The notes below the pieces were generated by a model. That model ran no database searches. It had not been told where the DNA came from and was given only the letters and a program-made list of their open reading frames with translations. A stretch of 41,776 bases of DNA from a virus: IMG/VR virus record IMGVR_UViG_3300045988_070752. One strand, 5' to 3'. Both the position numbers and the translations under genes were made by a program. Shown piece after piece: positions 1 through 6,801 of the stretch. The first letter of the stretch is position 1, and each line of letters opens with the position of its first letter.

Positions 1-99
1 ATTTTTTTTTCATGTTTCTCCCTTCTGCTGTCAGAATGAGATCTTTTCTCCTTTTTTGGCCTTGTTTGCCATTTCCAAGATTTCTTCCCCGGTCATTTC
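1..99. repeat. Terminal overlap: bases 1-99 are identical to 41678-41776 (circular closure; unique length 41,677 bp)
   Basis: Direct comparison of both ends: a+T9+catgtttctccc...ggtcatttc occurs at both. The overlap cuts through the capsid start/RBS and the scaffold gene 3' end. That fits an assembly-type overlap of a circular or permuted genome, not a physical terminus. Confidence 0.95.
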
Positions 100-852
100 T
101 CCAACCGTTTTTCTTTTTGGCTCTGTGGCTGTTGTGCCCAGACCATTTTCTGACGGTCTCATTCCTCTTGCTTTTATGTCGTTTACTGTTTTTTCTACTG
201 CTTTTTTTGCGGTATAATTCATGGCTCCGCTCATGATCTCATCCTGGTGGATGACGTTAAATGCAGTCTCCACATTGACCCCTGCTGCCAGCAGACGCTC
301 AAATTCCGGGTTCGCAAGCTCCTCCCGCAGAGAAAAGTCCGGCGCTTTCTGTTTGAACTGCGCCTCCTGTCGAAGCCAACCCTCGATCTTTTCCCGCTGC
401 ATCTGTTCCTGGATGGATTCCTGCTCTCTGGCCTTGTAGGCTTTATTCTCCCGTTCCATCTGCTTCATGTATTTGAGCTGCTCTACAGTCAGACCTCTTT
501 CCATGGCTTCCTCTTCGTAGTACGAATCATCGTTCATGATGGCTTTCTGCAGGTCTTTTACATCTGACACGCCATATTTTTCTTTCAGCATGTCCAACAT
601 GGGATTCAAGGATTCCAGCTGCTGTTTGTTTTGCATGTAGTCTTTGTGTCTTGCATTGATCCCCTGCTGGAATCTTGCGTCATACTGGGCTTTATACTTG
701 CCCTTAATCAACGCTTCAAAGTCCGCATCGAGATCTTCTTTTTCCTCAGTGGCGACCTGAGTTGTATCACTGCCCGTCTGGTCAGCGGCGACCTGACCGT
801 TATCACTGCCTGTAGCTTCTCCATCAAAAAATGTTAATAATTTGCTTTTCAT
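31..852 (-). CDS. Capsid scaffolding protein (273 aa from the ATG at 852; the longest ORF extends to 882)
   Basis: Highly charged E/K/Q-rich, helix-like protein between portal/Prp and the capsid gene, which follows 17 nt later across the circular junction. The N-terminus MKSKLLTFFDG shares KLLTFF with the capsid N-terminus. Confidence 0.7.
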   Translation of the reverse strand: MKSKLLTFFDGEATGSDNGQVAADQTGSDTTQVATEEKEDLDADFEALIKGKYKAQYDARFQQGINARHKDYMQNKQQLESLNPMLDMLKEKYGVSDVKDLQKAIMNDDSYYEEEAMERGLTVEQLKYMKQMERENKAYKAREQESIQEQMQREKIEGWLRQEAQFKQKAPDFSLREELANPEFERLLAAGVNVETAFNVIHQDEIMSGAMNYTAKKAVEKTVNDIKARGMRPSENGLGTTATEPKRKTVGEMTGEEILEMANKAKKGEKISF

Positions 853-875
853 TCTTTTCGCGCCTTTCCGCATGT

Positions 876-920
876 CATACATCGTCTTTCCGAAGTGCCA
901 TACATCGTCTTTCCGAAGTG
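876..920. repeat. Tandem direct repeat, 2 x catacatcgtctttccgaagtg (22 bp, period 23)
   Basis: Copies read at 876..897 and 899..920, immediately upstream of and overlapping the 5' end of the scaffold ORF. Confidence 0.9.
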
Positions 921-934
921 TCTTTTTCCATTTC

Positions 935-957
935 GGAGGGAGGTGATGCCTCCCTCC
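935..957. other. Strong GC hairpin GGAGGGAGG-tgatg-CCTCCCTCC (9-bp stem), no U-tract on either strand
   Basis: Perfect 9-bp inverted repeat in the prp-scaffold intergenic region. The arms are SD/anti-SD-like sequences. Confidence 0.7.
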
Positions 958-987
958 TGGTGAGGGGATGATTTAAAATGGATTGTA

Positions 988-1006
988 TGACATGAGTTTC
1001 ATGTCA
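988..1006. repeat. Perfect palindrome TGACATGA-gtt-TCATGTCA
   Basis: 8-bp arms with a 3-nt spacer in the prp-scaffold intergenic region. GTATGACATG (985..994) also recurs inverted at 871..880. Confidence 0.8.
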
Positions 1007-1044
1007 ACTTCATTATTTCACACGTTTTTATTTATTTCTCCCTT

Positions 1045-1332
1045 TTACCTGTGCAATTTTACATTTTGGGGATATTTTTTTTCCAGGAGCCGATACCCTT
1101 TCTTTATCGTATCCCAGATCAGTATGTTCACCGGATTCACCGGCGCCACAATTTCCATGTATGCTTCTTTTTCATCGTACCTGGCACTTGCCCCCTCCAG
1201 GCTTTCTAAGAGCGTTCTCATGAGTATGGATTCTGCTGCGCAGACAATGTCATTCCCCGGATTGTACCCGGCATGTCCGGTCATTGTGATTCGCATATTC
1301 GTTCCTTCGCAGTTCGTTTTTATATGTGTCAT
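1045..1332 (-). CDS. prp: Prp-like (ribosomal-processing cysteine protease family, DUF464) prohead protease
   Basis: 95 aa with a GHAGY...GNDIVCAAES His/Cys motif pair typical of Prp/YsxB. RBS AGGAGG upstream. Located between portal and scaffold, as in Prp-using Firmicute phages. Confidence 0.8.
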   Translation of the reverse strand: MTHIKTNCEGTNMRITMTGHAGYNPGNDIVCAAESILMRTLLESLEGASARYDEKEAYMEIVAPVNPVNILIWDTIKKGYRLLEKKYPQNVKLHR

Positions 1333-1340
1333 GCTTCCTC

Positions 1341-3194
1341 CTACGATACGCTGGCTCTTGATGCCGTTTTTTCTTTGGCATTTGCGACTATCCCTTTTGT
1401 GTCCACCGGATCTCCCAGTGAGTTTGTTTTTGCACTTCCGGCTGTCATCTGGCCTGTGCTTGGTTCTCCCCGTCCCATTGATGCTGCCGCGTTTTGTGCT
1501 ATGGTTGATCCATTCTGGGCGTCCACGATTGTCGCAAGCTGCATTACTGTCTGCTGTAACTGCTGAATCTGCTGATACATGGTGCCGTTTTGCGATACCC
1601 TCTGTATTACCAGGTCTTTGCCGTCAAAATCCATCATCTGCAGCATGGCCAGTGCCTGGTCTGACAGCTCCGGATTAAATACACCCGCTGAATATAACTC
1701 TTTGGCCAGTTCGTTCTGCGCTACCTTGCTGTATGGTGACGCTTTTTGCGCTGATACCTTTATGTCGTATGTCGGTTTTCTTTCTCCAAATTCCACGCCT
1801 GCTATCCCTTTTTGGGCTTGTGATCTCATCATCTGGTTGGAGAATTGCGGCCATGTTGTCTCTCCATTGTCCCCGATCACCCGAAAAGTCCGCGGCTCAT
1901 TGTAAAACTGTCTGATCCTCTCTATCACCAGGCGTACCAGGCAGGAGTAGGCGTTGTATGTCATGCGGATCATATCTCTTGACAGCTTCCCGGATGCTTC
2001 CTGCAGGGCGGCAATGGCCGATGCCGCTGTAACAGATGAGGTTGTCCCCTGGGCGTAGCTTGTGTTTCCTGATGTTTCTTTGATTTCGTCTATTTTTCCT
2101 GCCAGTCGGTTGTAAACCGCCGAATCCAGCCCTGCCAACTGCTGCTGCCGTAATCTATCATCCGACACCATACCCTGGACATGTACGATCGGTCCATCTC
2201 CCAAAAACTCCTCTTCATTCAGTCCCAGCCCATCCGTCACAAACCACCTGGGCTGTGATGTCCTTTTTGCATGCCGCAGGATGATGCCGTCCATCTTGTC
2301 GATAAACATCTGCGGATCTTTCATCACGTCCAGATACCCAAATCCTGCCGGGCTTTCCTTTTCCGGGAACATTACGTCCAGTTTGATCGGATACTCATCA
2401 TTTTCATAAAATCCGTTCGCGCAATTCTCGTCATTTTCTGAGGCGTACAAAAGATGTCCCTCGATAAACTTGATATAGTGGATCACTGTCCTGCTGCCTA
2501 TTTGCTTTTTGTAATAACAATCATATACAGAGGTCTGGTTTGTCCTGTCTACATAGTCCTCGGATTCATAGTGTGTCTGCGGTGTTTCATCTGTTCCTGG
2601 CCCCTCTAAAAACGGATACTGCATCAACAGATCGTCGTTATCTTTTAGCGCTGTCACAAATATGTATTTTGACTGTTCCAGATCCCTTATTCCTGGCTCC
2701 CAGTACAGGTTCATCATGTCAATTTCTTTTACATCTACATCTCCCAGACCGTTATCTATCCCCGGATTCCAAAAAACCCCAAAGGCCGAGGTTCCTGTCT
2801 TTAGTTTGCTCCACCAACCGTCCGAATAGGCCTTTTCGTAATTGCACTTTTCCAGGATTGTCGGTACGATCTTTGACAGCATGCTTGCTGTTTCCTGGTC
2901 TGATTCCTCCTGCGGCAGCACGTTTGGAGCCGGGAAGTTGTCCATAGCATCTGCATGCTTGTTAATAAGCATGTTAAACAGATAGGCGCTTGCTGGTTCG
3001 TCCTCTTCTTTTCGCAGTTCCTTCCAGTGCTGCGCCTTATACCATGATTCTGCTGATTTGATCCTCTGGTTTAGCACCTGTTTGCCCTCGCTGTAATCCT
3101 GGAATACCTTGTAGAGCTTTTTGATATCCTCATCCGTAATAGCCCCGGTGCTTCTCGGTTGTGTGTCTACCGTCTTTTTTGTTACATCTGCCAT
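1341..3194 (-). CDS. Portal protein
   Basis: 617 aa. The start overlaps the terL stop by 13 nt. Size and position (terL -> portal -> protease -> scaffold -> capsid) are canonical. No motif-level proof. Confidence 0.75.
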   Translation of the reverse strand: MADVTKKTVDTQPRSTGAITDEDIKKLYKVFQDYSEGKQVLNQRIKSAESWYKAQHWKELRKEEDEPASAYLFNMLINKHADAMDNFPAPNVLPQEESDQETASMLSKIVPTILEKCNYEKAYSDGWWSKLKTGTSAFGVFWNPGIDNGLGDVDVKEIDMMNLYWEPGIRDLEQSKYIFVTALKDNDDLLMQYPFLEGPGTDETPQTHYESEDYVDRTNQTSVYDCYYKKQIGSRTVIHYIKFIEGHLLYASENDENCANGFYENDEYPIKLDVMFPEKESPAGFGYLDVMKDPQMFIDKMDGIILRHAKRTSQPRWFVTDGLGLNEEEFLGDGPIVHVQGMVSDDRLRQQQLAGLDSAVYNRLAGKIDEIKETSGNTSYAQGTTSSVTAASAIAALQEASGKLSRDMIRMTYNAYSCLVRLVIERIRQFYNEPRTFRVIGDNGETTWPQFSNQMMRSQAQKGIAGVEFGERKPTYDIKVSAQKASPYSKVAQNELAKELYSAGVFNPELSDQALAMLQMMDFDGKDLVIQRVSQNGTMYQQIQQLQQTVMQLATIVDAQNGSTIAQNAAASMGRGEPSTGQMTAGSAKTNSLGDPVDTKGIVANAKEKTASRASVS

Positions 3195-4612
3195 CCTTTC
3201 GCTCCTTTTCCCGGCCGCAGATCTAGGGGATCGTCGCCGTAATTATCTTTTTTCATCTCGTTTTTTCTCTGCTTGATCGGATCTGCCATGAGCACATATC
3301 TGCACTCGTCGTAAATGTGATCCTCTTGTGTTGTGTCGATATCCTCCACCTTTTTCTCGTCATATACCAGTGACGGTATTGTGCGGATAAAGTCCTTGCA
3401 TGTGTTAAAAACATAAAACATGGATTTCCCATTTTTATCAAAGGCTAACCTATAGTGATACTGCATCTTTCCGGCAATTCTTGTGTTGTCCCCAGGCTCC
3501 CAGTATACCCTCTCCTGCATCATCTGGTCTGCTACGGATTCCCCTCTTGATCTGTCAAATATGGATGGGTCTGCGATTGCCCTTATCTTCCTGCCCTTTA
3601 GGTTTTCATCGGTTTCTTCCACCTCTCGGATTCCTTTTGCGATCTCGTGCGGGTCTATCATGATTCCCGTGTTTGGCTGATTTGGTTTGCATCCGTACCA
3701 CCCTCTTATCCTGTACATGCATCCATCTGGATCCGCTGCGTACCAGCCGACGGAAAAAGGTTTTGCGTATCCAAAGTCAAACCCCCGGTAAAACCTCCAG
3801 TACGACGGCACCTGGAAGGGCTCTATGACGTGGGTGTACCTGTGATCTTCGTAATGATCTGGATCATTTACCCATTCTGTAAACACCTGACCCTCAAAGC
3901 TGTCCCAATTCCCATAGAGCAGCGCCTCTCTTTCTGCTTCCGGCTTCATGGCCAGGTCTGCCAGATATGCCGGGTTATTGTCCAGGAGCTTCTGGTTGTC
4001 GAATATCGTGGCCGGTACATAGATGCGGCTCCTCTCTACCTCTTTTGTTGATCCGTCCGGCATCCTGACTGCTGCAGTCTCCCACAGCGTTGTCATAGGT
4101 TTTGCCGGGGAGACAAATCTTTCTTTTACCCAGCCGTGTCCCACGCCCCCAGGGTTTGCCGTTGACCTGGAATATACTTCCGTTCCCGGGCCGGAGGCTC
4201 TGTTTCTCGTCAATATGTATTCGTATTGGCTTTGTGTAAAATGGGTTAATTCGTCAAATCCAATAAAATCGTACTGCTGCCCTTGATAATCATATTTGTT
4301 CTGCTCGTATTGGCAAGAGCCAAACTTTACCTTGGCACCTGACGGGAATTTCCACGTGTGCTCCTGGGTGTTGTATTTTGCTTCCGGCCACACCGGTTTG
4401 TAATATTGCTGTGACTTTTCTATCAGCTCTGACAGCTGCGGGTATGTACGCCGCAGGATCAGTCCTTTGTAATTTGGGATGTTTACCTGGCGCAGCGCCT
4501 CAATCACAAGGGCGTCCGACTTCCCGCCGCCTGCTGCCCCGCCGTATAATGCCTCATCTTCCCAGCGCTCCATGAACAGGCTCTGCTTGTACTGCGGTGT
4601 CCATATGACCAT
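3182..4612 (-). CDS. terL: Terminase large subunit
   Basis: 476 aa. N-terminal Walker A-like YGGAAGGGKSDA, a DELTHF Walker B-like segment, and a C-terminal nuclease-like acidic region. Follows terS. Confidence 0.9.
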   Translation of the reverse strand: MVIWTPQYKQSLFMERWEDEALYGGAAGGGKSDALVIEALRQVNIPNYKGLILRRTYPQLSELIEKSQQYYKPVWPEAKYNTQEHTWKFPSGAKVKFGSCQYEQNKYDYQGQQYDFIGFDELTHFTQSQYEYILTRNRASGPGTEVYSRSTANPGGVGHGWVKERFVSPAKPMTTLWETAAVRMPDGSTKEVERSRIYVPATIFDNQKLLDNNPAYLADLAMKPEAEREALLYGNWDSFEGQVFTEWVNDPDHYEDHRYTHVIEPFQVPSYWRFYRGFDFGYAKPFSVGWYAADPDGCMYRIRGWYGCKPNQPNTGIMIDPHEIAKGIREVEETDENLKGRKIRAIADPSIFDRSRGESVADQMMQERVYWEPGDNTRIAGKMQYHYRLAFDKNGKSMFYVFNTCKDFIRTIPSLVYDEKKVEDIDTTQEDHIYDECRYVLMADPIKQRKNEMKKDNYGDDPLDLRPGKGAKGWQM

Positions 4613-5330
4613 CTGGCCTCTCCTTTCTCTTTGTGATCTCTATCCGGTTTTCTGTGGCTTTTGTTTCTTTTGGCTGGTTTACCGTCAGCCACTCCAGCGC
4701 TTTTTGACTGTCCTTTAGCTGTACCTGTATGCCAAATTTTGTATTTTTTATAGATTTGATGAGTGTCCCGTCTATCTCATCCGCATCCCGCAGTATCACC
4801 ACCCCGTCTTCCAGGTTGACAAAATCTTTTATATCCGCCGTGGCGATGTCTATCTGCTTTTGCGCTATGTCCTGTATAGTAAATTCTATGTTTTCGTGCA
4901 AATCCGTTAATAGTTCGTCAATTCTTGCTTTTACATCAATATTTTTCGATAAATTAGAGGCGTTTCCGCACGCCGTTTCATATGAGCAGCTGAAAGCTTT
5001 TTGGTATGCCTTTACCTTGTTGCGGTATTTTACGTAGTACAGGCAAAAAAGCTCTCTTTTTTCTGTAATATCCAGATCGCGGTCCTTTTCCCTCTTTTCT
5101 TCTTTAATGGGTTTTTGCTTTTTCTTTTCCGAACGTTCGCTTTTTCTGGCCGAACGTTCGCCATCCCAGCCATCCTCACATTTCCACCGGCGGATCGTCC
5201 CGGCTGGCACTCCAAGTGTCTGTGCGATCTCGACAAGCTTTTTTCCTTTTTTGTACATAATCAGCGCTTCATTTTTCTTTTTTCTTGTCTCTTCCTTTGT
5301 CACACCGGCGGTCACCTCCTTCTCAATCAT
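4554..5330 (-). CDS. terS: Terminase small subunit with N-terminal HTH
   Basis: 258 aa. HTH-like KKGKKLVEIAQTLGVPAGTIRRWK, then a Terminase_2-like ELFCLYYVKYRNKVKAYQKAF segment. Overlaps terL by 59 nt. The true start could be an internal Met. Confidence 0.75.
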   Translation of the reverse strand: MIEKEVTAGVTKEETRKKKNEALIMYKKGKKLVEIAQTLGVPAGTIRRWKCEDGWDGERSARKSERSEKKKQKPIKEEKREKDRDLDITEKRELFCLYYVKYRNKVKAYQKAFSCSYETACGNASNLSKNIDVKARIDELLTDLHENIEFTIQDIAQKQIDIATADIKDFVNLEDGVVILRDADEIDGTLIKSIKNTKFGIQVQLKDSQKALEWLTVNQPKETKATENRIEITKRKERPDGHMDTAVQAEPVHGALGR

Positions 5331-5370
5331 TTTATCTGATGTTCGTTTTTTATTCTCCCTTTTACTGCGT

Positions 5371-5395
5371 AAAAAAGCAGGGAGCCTGTCCCCGC
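5371..5395 (-). terminator. Intrinsic terminator upstream of terS (minus strand GCGGGGA-caggc-TCCCTGC + TTTTTT)
   Basis: 7-bp stem (one G.U pair on the minus strand, A.C mismatch on the plus strand) followed by a T6 run on the minus strand. Lies between the small leader ORFs and terS. Confidence 0.6.
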
Positions 5396-5414
5396 TTTTC
5401 TTTTATGCTTTTTT

Positions 5415-5579
5415 CTATTCTATAAATTTTTCCAGTTCCTCGTCTGTCATTTCCTCCGCTTTCCTCCTGGCGGTGATCGGCTCCATCTCCAGCTCGCCAA
5501 TCATATAGCCGAATGCAATATCTTCCAAAATGTGCCGTCTTTCTCTATCCATAATTTTTCCTTTCTGGTCTGCCATCAT
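5415..5579 (-). CDS. Small hypothetical protein (54 aa; alternative start at 5552)
   Basis: Below the ORF-track cutoff, translated by hand: MMADQKGKIMDRERRHILEDIAFGYMIGELEMEPITARRKAEEMTDEELEKFIE. RBS AAAGGAAAA precedes the internal ATG at 5552. Confidence 0.4.
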   Translation of the reverse strand: MMADQKGKIMDRERRHILEDIAFGYMIGELEMEPITARRKAEEMTDEELEKFIE

Positions 5580-5628
5580 CAGCGCCGGGAGACCATCCCG
5601 CAGCGGACGCCCTTGCGGGCGTTTCGGC

Positions 5629-5793
5629 TTAGAGGCTTTTCACCGTTTCCCACTCGGTTATTGCCGCCGTTGTGTCCAGATATTCGATTCTCAACCTTAC
5701 TATCTCTCCTTCTCTTTCATTAATCGTGTATCTATAGTTTCTTGTGTCCACTGTTCTTTCTTTTATTACTCTTTCGTAAAATTTGTTTGTCAT
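5629..5793 (-). CDS. Small hypothetical protein (54 aa), first gene after the late promoter
   Basis: Hand-translated: MTNKFYERVIKERTVDTRNYRYTINEREGEIVRLRIEYLDTTAAITEWETVKSL. Strong RBS AGGAGGAAAAGAAC-ATG. Confidence 0.5.
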   Translation of the reverse strand: MTNKFYERVIKERTVDTRNYRYTINEREGEIVRLRIEYLDTTAAITEWETVKSL

Positions 5794-5837
5794 GTTCTTT
5801 TCCTCCTGTTTTTGTTTTTCCTGTTCTTGATGATTCT

Positions 5838-5866
5838 ATTATATTATATTTGCGTAAATATATCAA
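5838..5866 (-). promoter_or_regulatory. Sigma-A-type promoter TTGATA-17-TATAAT reading toward the packaging/structural genes
   Basis: Minus strand: -35 TTGATA (5866..5861), 17-nt spacer, -10 TATAAT (5843..5838). Overlapped by operator copy 1. Confidence 0.65.
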
Positions 5867-5929
5867 TCGGCAAAATGCACATATTTGCGTAAATATATTT
5901 GTGCAGTATGTATATTTACACAAATATAT
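5846..5929. promoter_or_regulatory. Three palindromic operator-like sites ATATTT-N4-AAATAT(AT)
   Basis: ATATTTGCGTAAATATAT at 5846..5863 and 5881..5898 (identical). ATATTTACACAAATATAT at 5912..5929. Sites 1 and 3 overlap the divergent promoters. Confidence 0.75.
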
Positions 5930-5943
5930 TATTGTGATATTAT
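5915..5943 (+). promoter_or_regulatory. Promoter TTTACA-17-(TGa)TATTAT for the RHH cassette
   Basis: -35 TTTACA 5915..5920, 17-nt spacer, extended -10 TGaTATTAT ending at 5943. 21 nt upstream of RBS AAAGGAGG and the ATG at 5965. Confidence 0.65.
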
Positions 5944-5964
5944 GTATTTAAAGGAGGTGCTTGA

Positions 5965-6153
5965 ATGTCAGGTACTACTAAAGCATCCCAGAGGGCCGTG
6001 AACAAATACATAGCCAATAACTATGATCGCCTTAACATCACGGTCCCGAAGGGGAAAAAGGATAAGTATAAATTAGCCGCAGAGGCCGAGGGAAAGAGTT
6101 TGAATGCATTCATTGTGGAGTGCATAGAAAAAAGAATGGAGGAACGGGAATGA
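5965..6153 (+). CDS. Ribbon-helix-helix (Arc/CopG-like) DNA-binding protein
   Basis: 62 aa. Beta-strand RLNITVPKG, then helices KDKYKLAAEAEG / KSLNAFIVECIEKRM, the classic RHH layout. Strong RBS. First gene of a 3-gene plus-strand operon. Confidence 0.75.
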   Translation: MSGTTKASQRAVNKYIANNYDRLNITVPKGKKDKYKLAAEAEGKSLNAFIVECIEKRMEERE

Positions 6154-6353
6154 AAAAAAGATATGTCGTAAAAGGCTATTCTTACAATCTTAAAAAAAAT
6201 ATAAATCGCACTTATTATGAAGACGAAATCTCTCAATTTGACGGAAAGTATGCGGAGCTTAATGGATCCTGTATGTGCGTTGCGAACCGGTTCCGTGATA
6301 TTCCCAGATTCAGGCAGGGCGAATTCTCGATTGAAGAGGTAAAGGAGGGTTAA
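6150..6353 (+). CDS. Small hypothetical protein (67 aa)
   Basis: Its ATG overlaps the RHH stop (ATGA coupling at 6150..6153). MKKRYVVKGYSYNLKK... No family recognised. Confidence 0.55.
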   Translation: MKKRYVVKGYSYNLKKNINRTYYEDEISQFDGKYAELNGSCMCVANRFRDIPRFRQGEFSIEEVKEG

Positions 6354-6354
6354 C

Positions 6355-6642
6355 ATGTATATCCAGGGTGTTGGAAACATTAAAAAACAGGATGCGATGA
6401 GCATCCTGACAAAAGAAGGACGCCAGGCAGTTGAGGGCGGAGAAATCACACTGGAAGAGCTCGGACAGATGTATAAGTTGGAGCTTGTCAAGAGGTCTAG
6501 CAAAATTGGCCGTTTCCCCGACACTTTCCTGGAAAGCTATAAGTGGATCCCGGAGGATCTCAGAATCCAGCTTGCGCCGAATCAGTTAGCTGCGCTTGTG
6601 GATAGCTTTCACGAATGCTACGGTGCAGGAAAGAACGCATAG
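6355..6642 (+). CDS. Small hypothetical protein (95 aa)
   Basis: RBS AAAGGAGGG, starts 1 nt after the previous stop, followed by a terminator. No family recognised. Confidence 0.6.
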   Translation: MYIQGVGNIKKQDAMSILTKEGRQAVEGGEITLEELGQMYKLELVKRSSKIGRFPDTFLESYKWIPEDLRIQLAPNQLAALVDSFHECYGAGKNA

Positions 6643-6644
6643 TG

Positions 6645-6672
6645 AAAAAGAGCAGGGAATCCTGCTCTTTTT
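6645..6672. terminator. Bidirectional intrinsic terminator AGAGCAGG-gaat-CCTGCTCT
   Basis: 8-bp perfect stem flanked by A5 upstream and T4-rich sequence downstream, so there is a U-tract on both strands. It ends the plus-strand RHH operon and the minus-strand ncRNA locus. Confidence 0.8.
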
Positions 6673-6697
6673 CTTGTTCTTAATAGTTATTGCTACC

Positions 6698-6733
6698 ATT
6701 TCAATCCGCGCCGGTAAGAATTGCTAACCGAAC
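6698..6733 (-). repeat. CRISPR-repeat-like unit 2: GTTCGGTTAGCAATTCTTACCGGCGCGGATTGAAAT
   Basis: 36 nt on the minus strand. 5-bp stem TCGGT/ACCGG at the same position as in unit 1, 11-nt loop starting TAGCAA, identical 13-nt tail CGCGGATTGAAAT. Confidence 0.6.
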
Positions 6734-6801
6734 CACAGCGCAAAGCATCTTTTGCACTGGACTTATTAAAAGCATTTCTGCTCTTAATCTTTACTGTCAC
6801 T

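Noticed and set aside
1-99. Interpreting the 99-bp identical ends as physical direct terminal repeats of the virion DNA
   Set aside because: The repeat contains the capsid RBS and start codon and the scaffold 3' end. A packaging terminus inside an operon junction is unlikely, and an assembly overlap of a circular or permuted genome is the simpler explanation. The sequence alone cannot exclude it.
982-1007. Promoter-like TTGACA ... TACAAT on the minus strand upstream of the scaffold gene
   Set aside because: The spacer is only 14 nt (988..1001), outside the functional 16-18 nt range. The hexamers are part of the TGACATGA/TCATGTCA palindrome, so I did not call it a promoter.
983-1678. Long plus-strand ORFs antisense to minus-strand genes, for example 983..1678, 3647..4051, 14369..14968, 22906..23475, 25044..25457, 32811..33389, 39290..39928 and 40720..41343
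   Set aside because: They are shadow ORFs. Their translations are low-complexity (S/L/F/C/P-rich) with no RBS, and they fully overlap well-supported genes (portal, terL, giant protein, fibre, capsid) on the other strand.
6698-6710. ATTTCAATCCGCG as a tRNA T-arm fragment or tRNA-derived att site
   Set aside because: It does not fit the GTTCRANYC T-loop with flanking complementary 5-bp stems. No acceptor, D or anticodon arms can be drawn, and it is far from the integrase.
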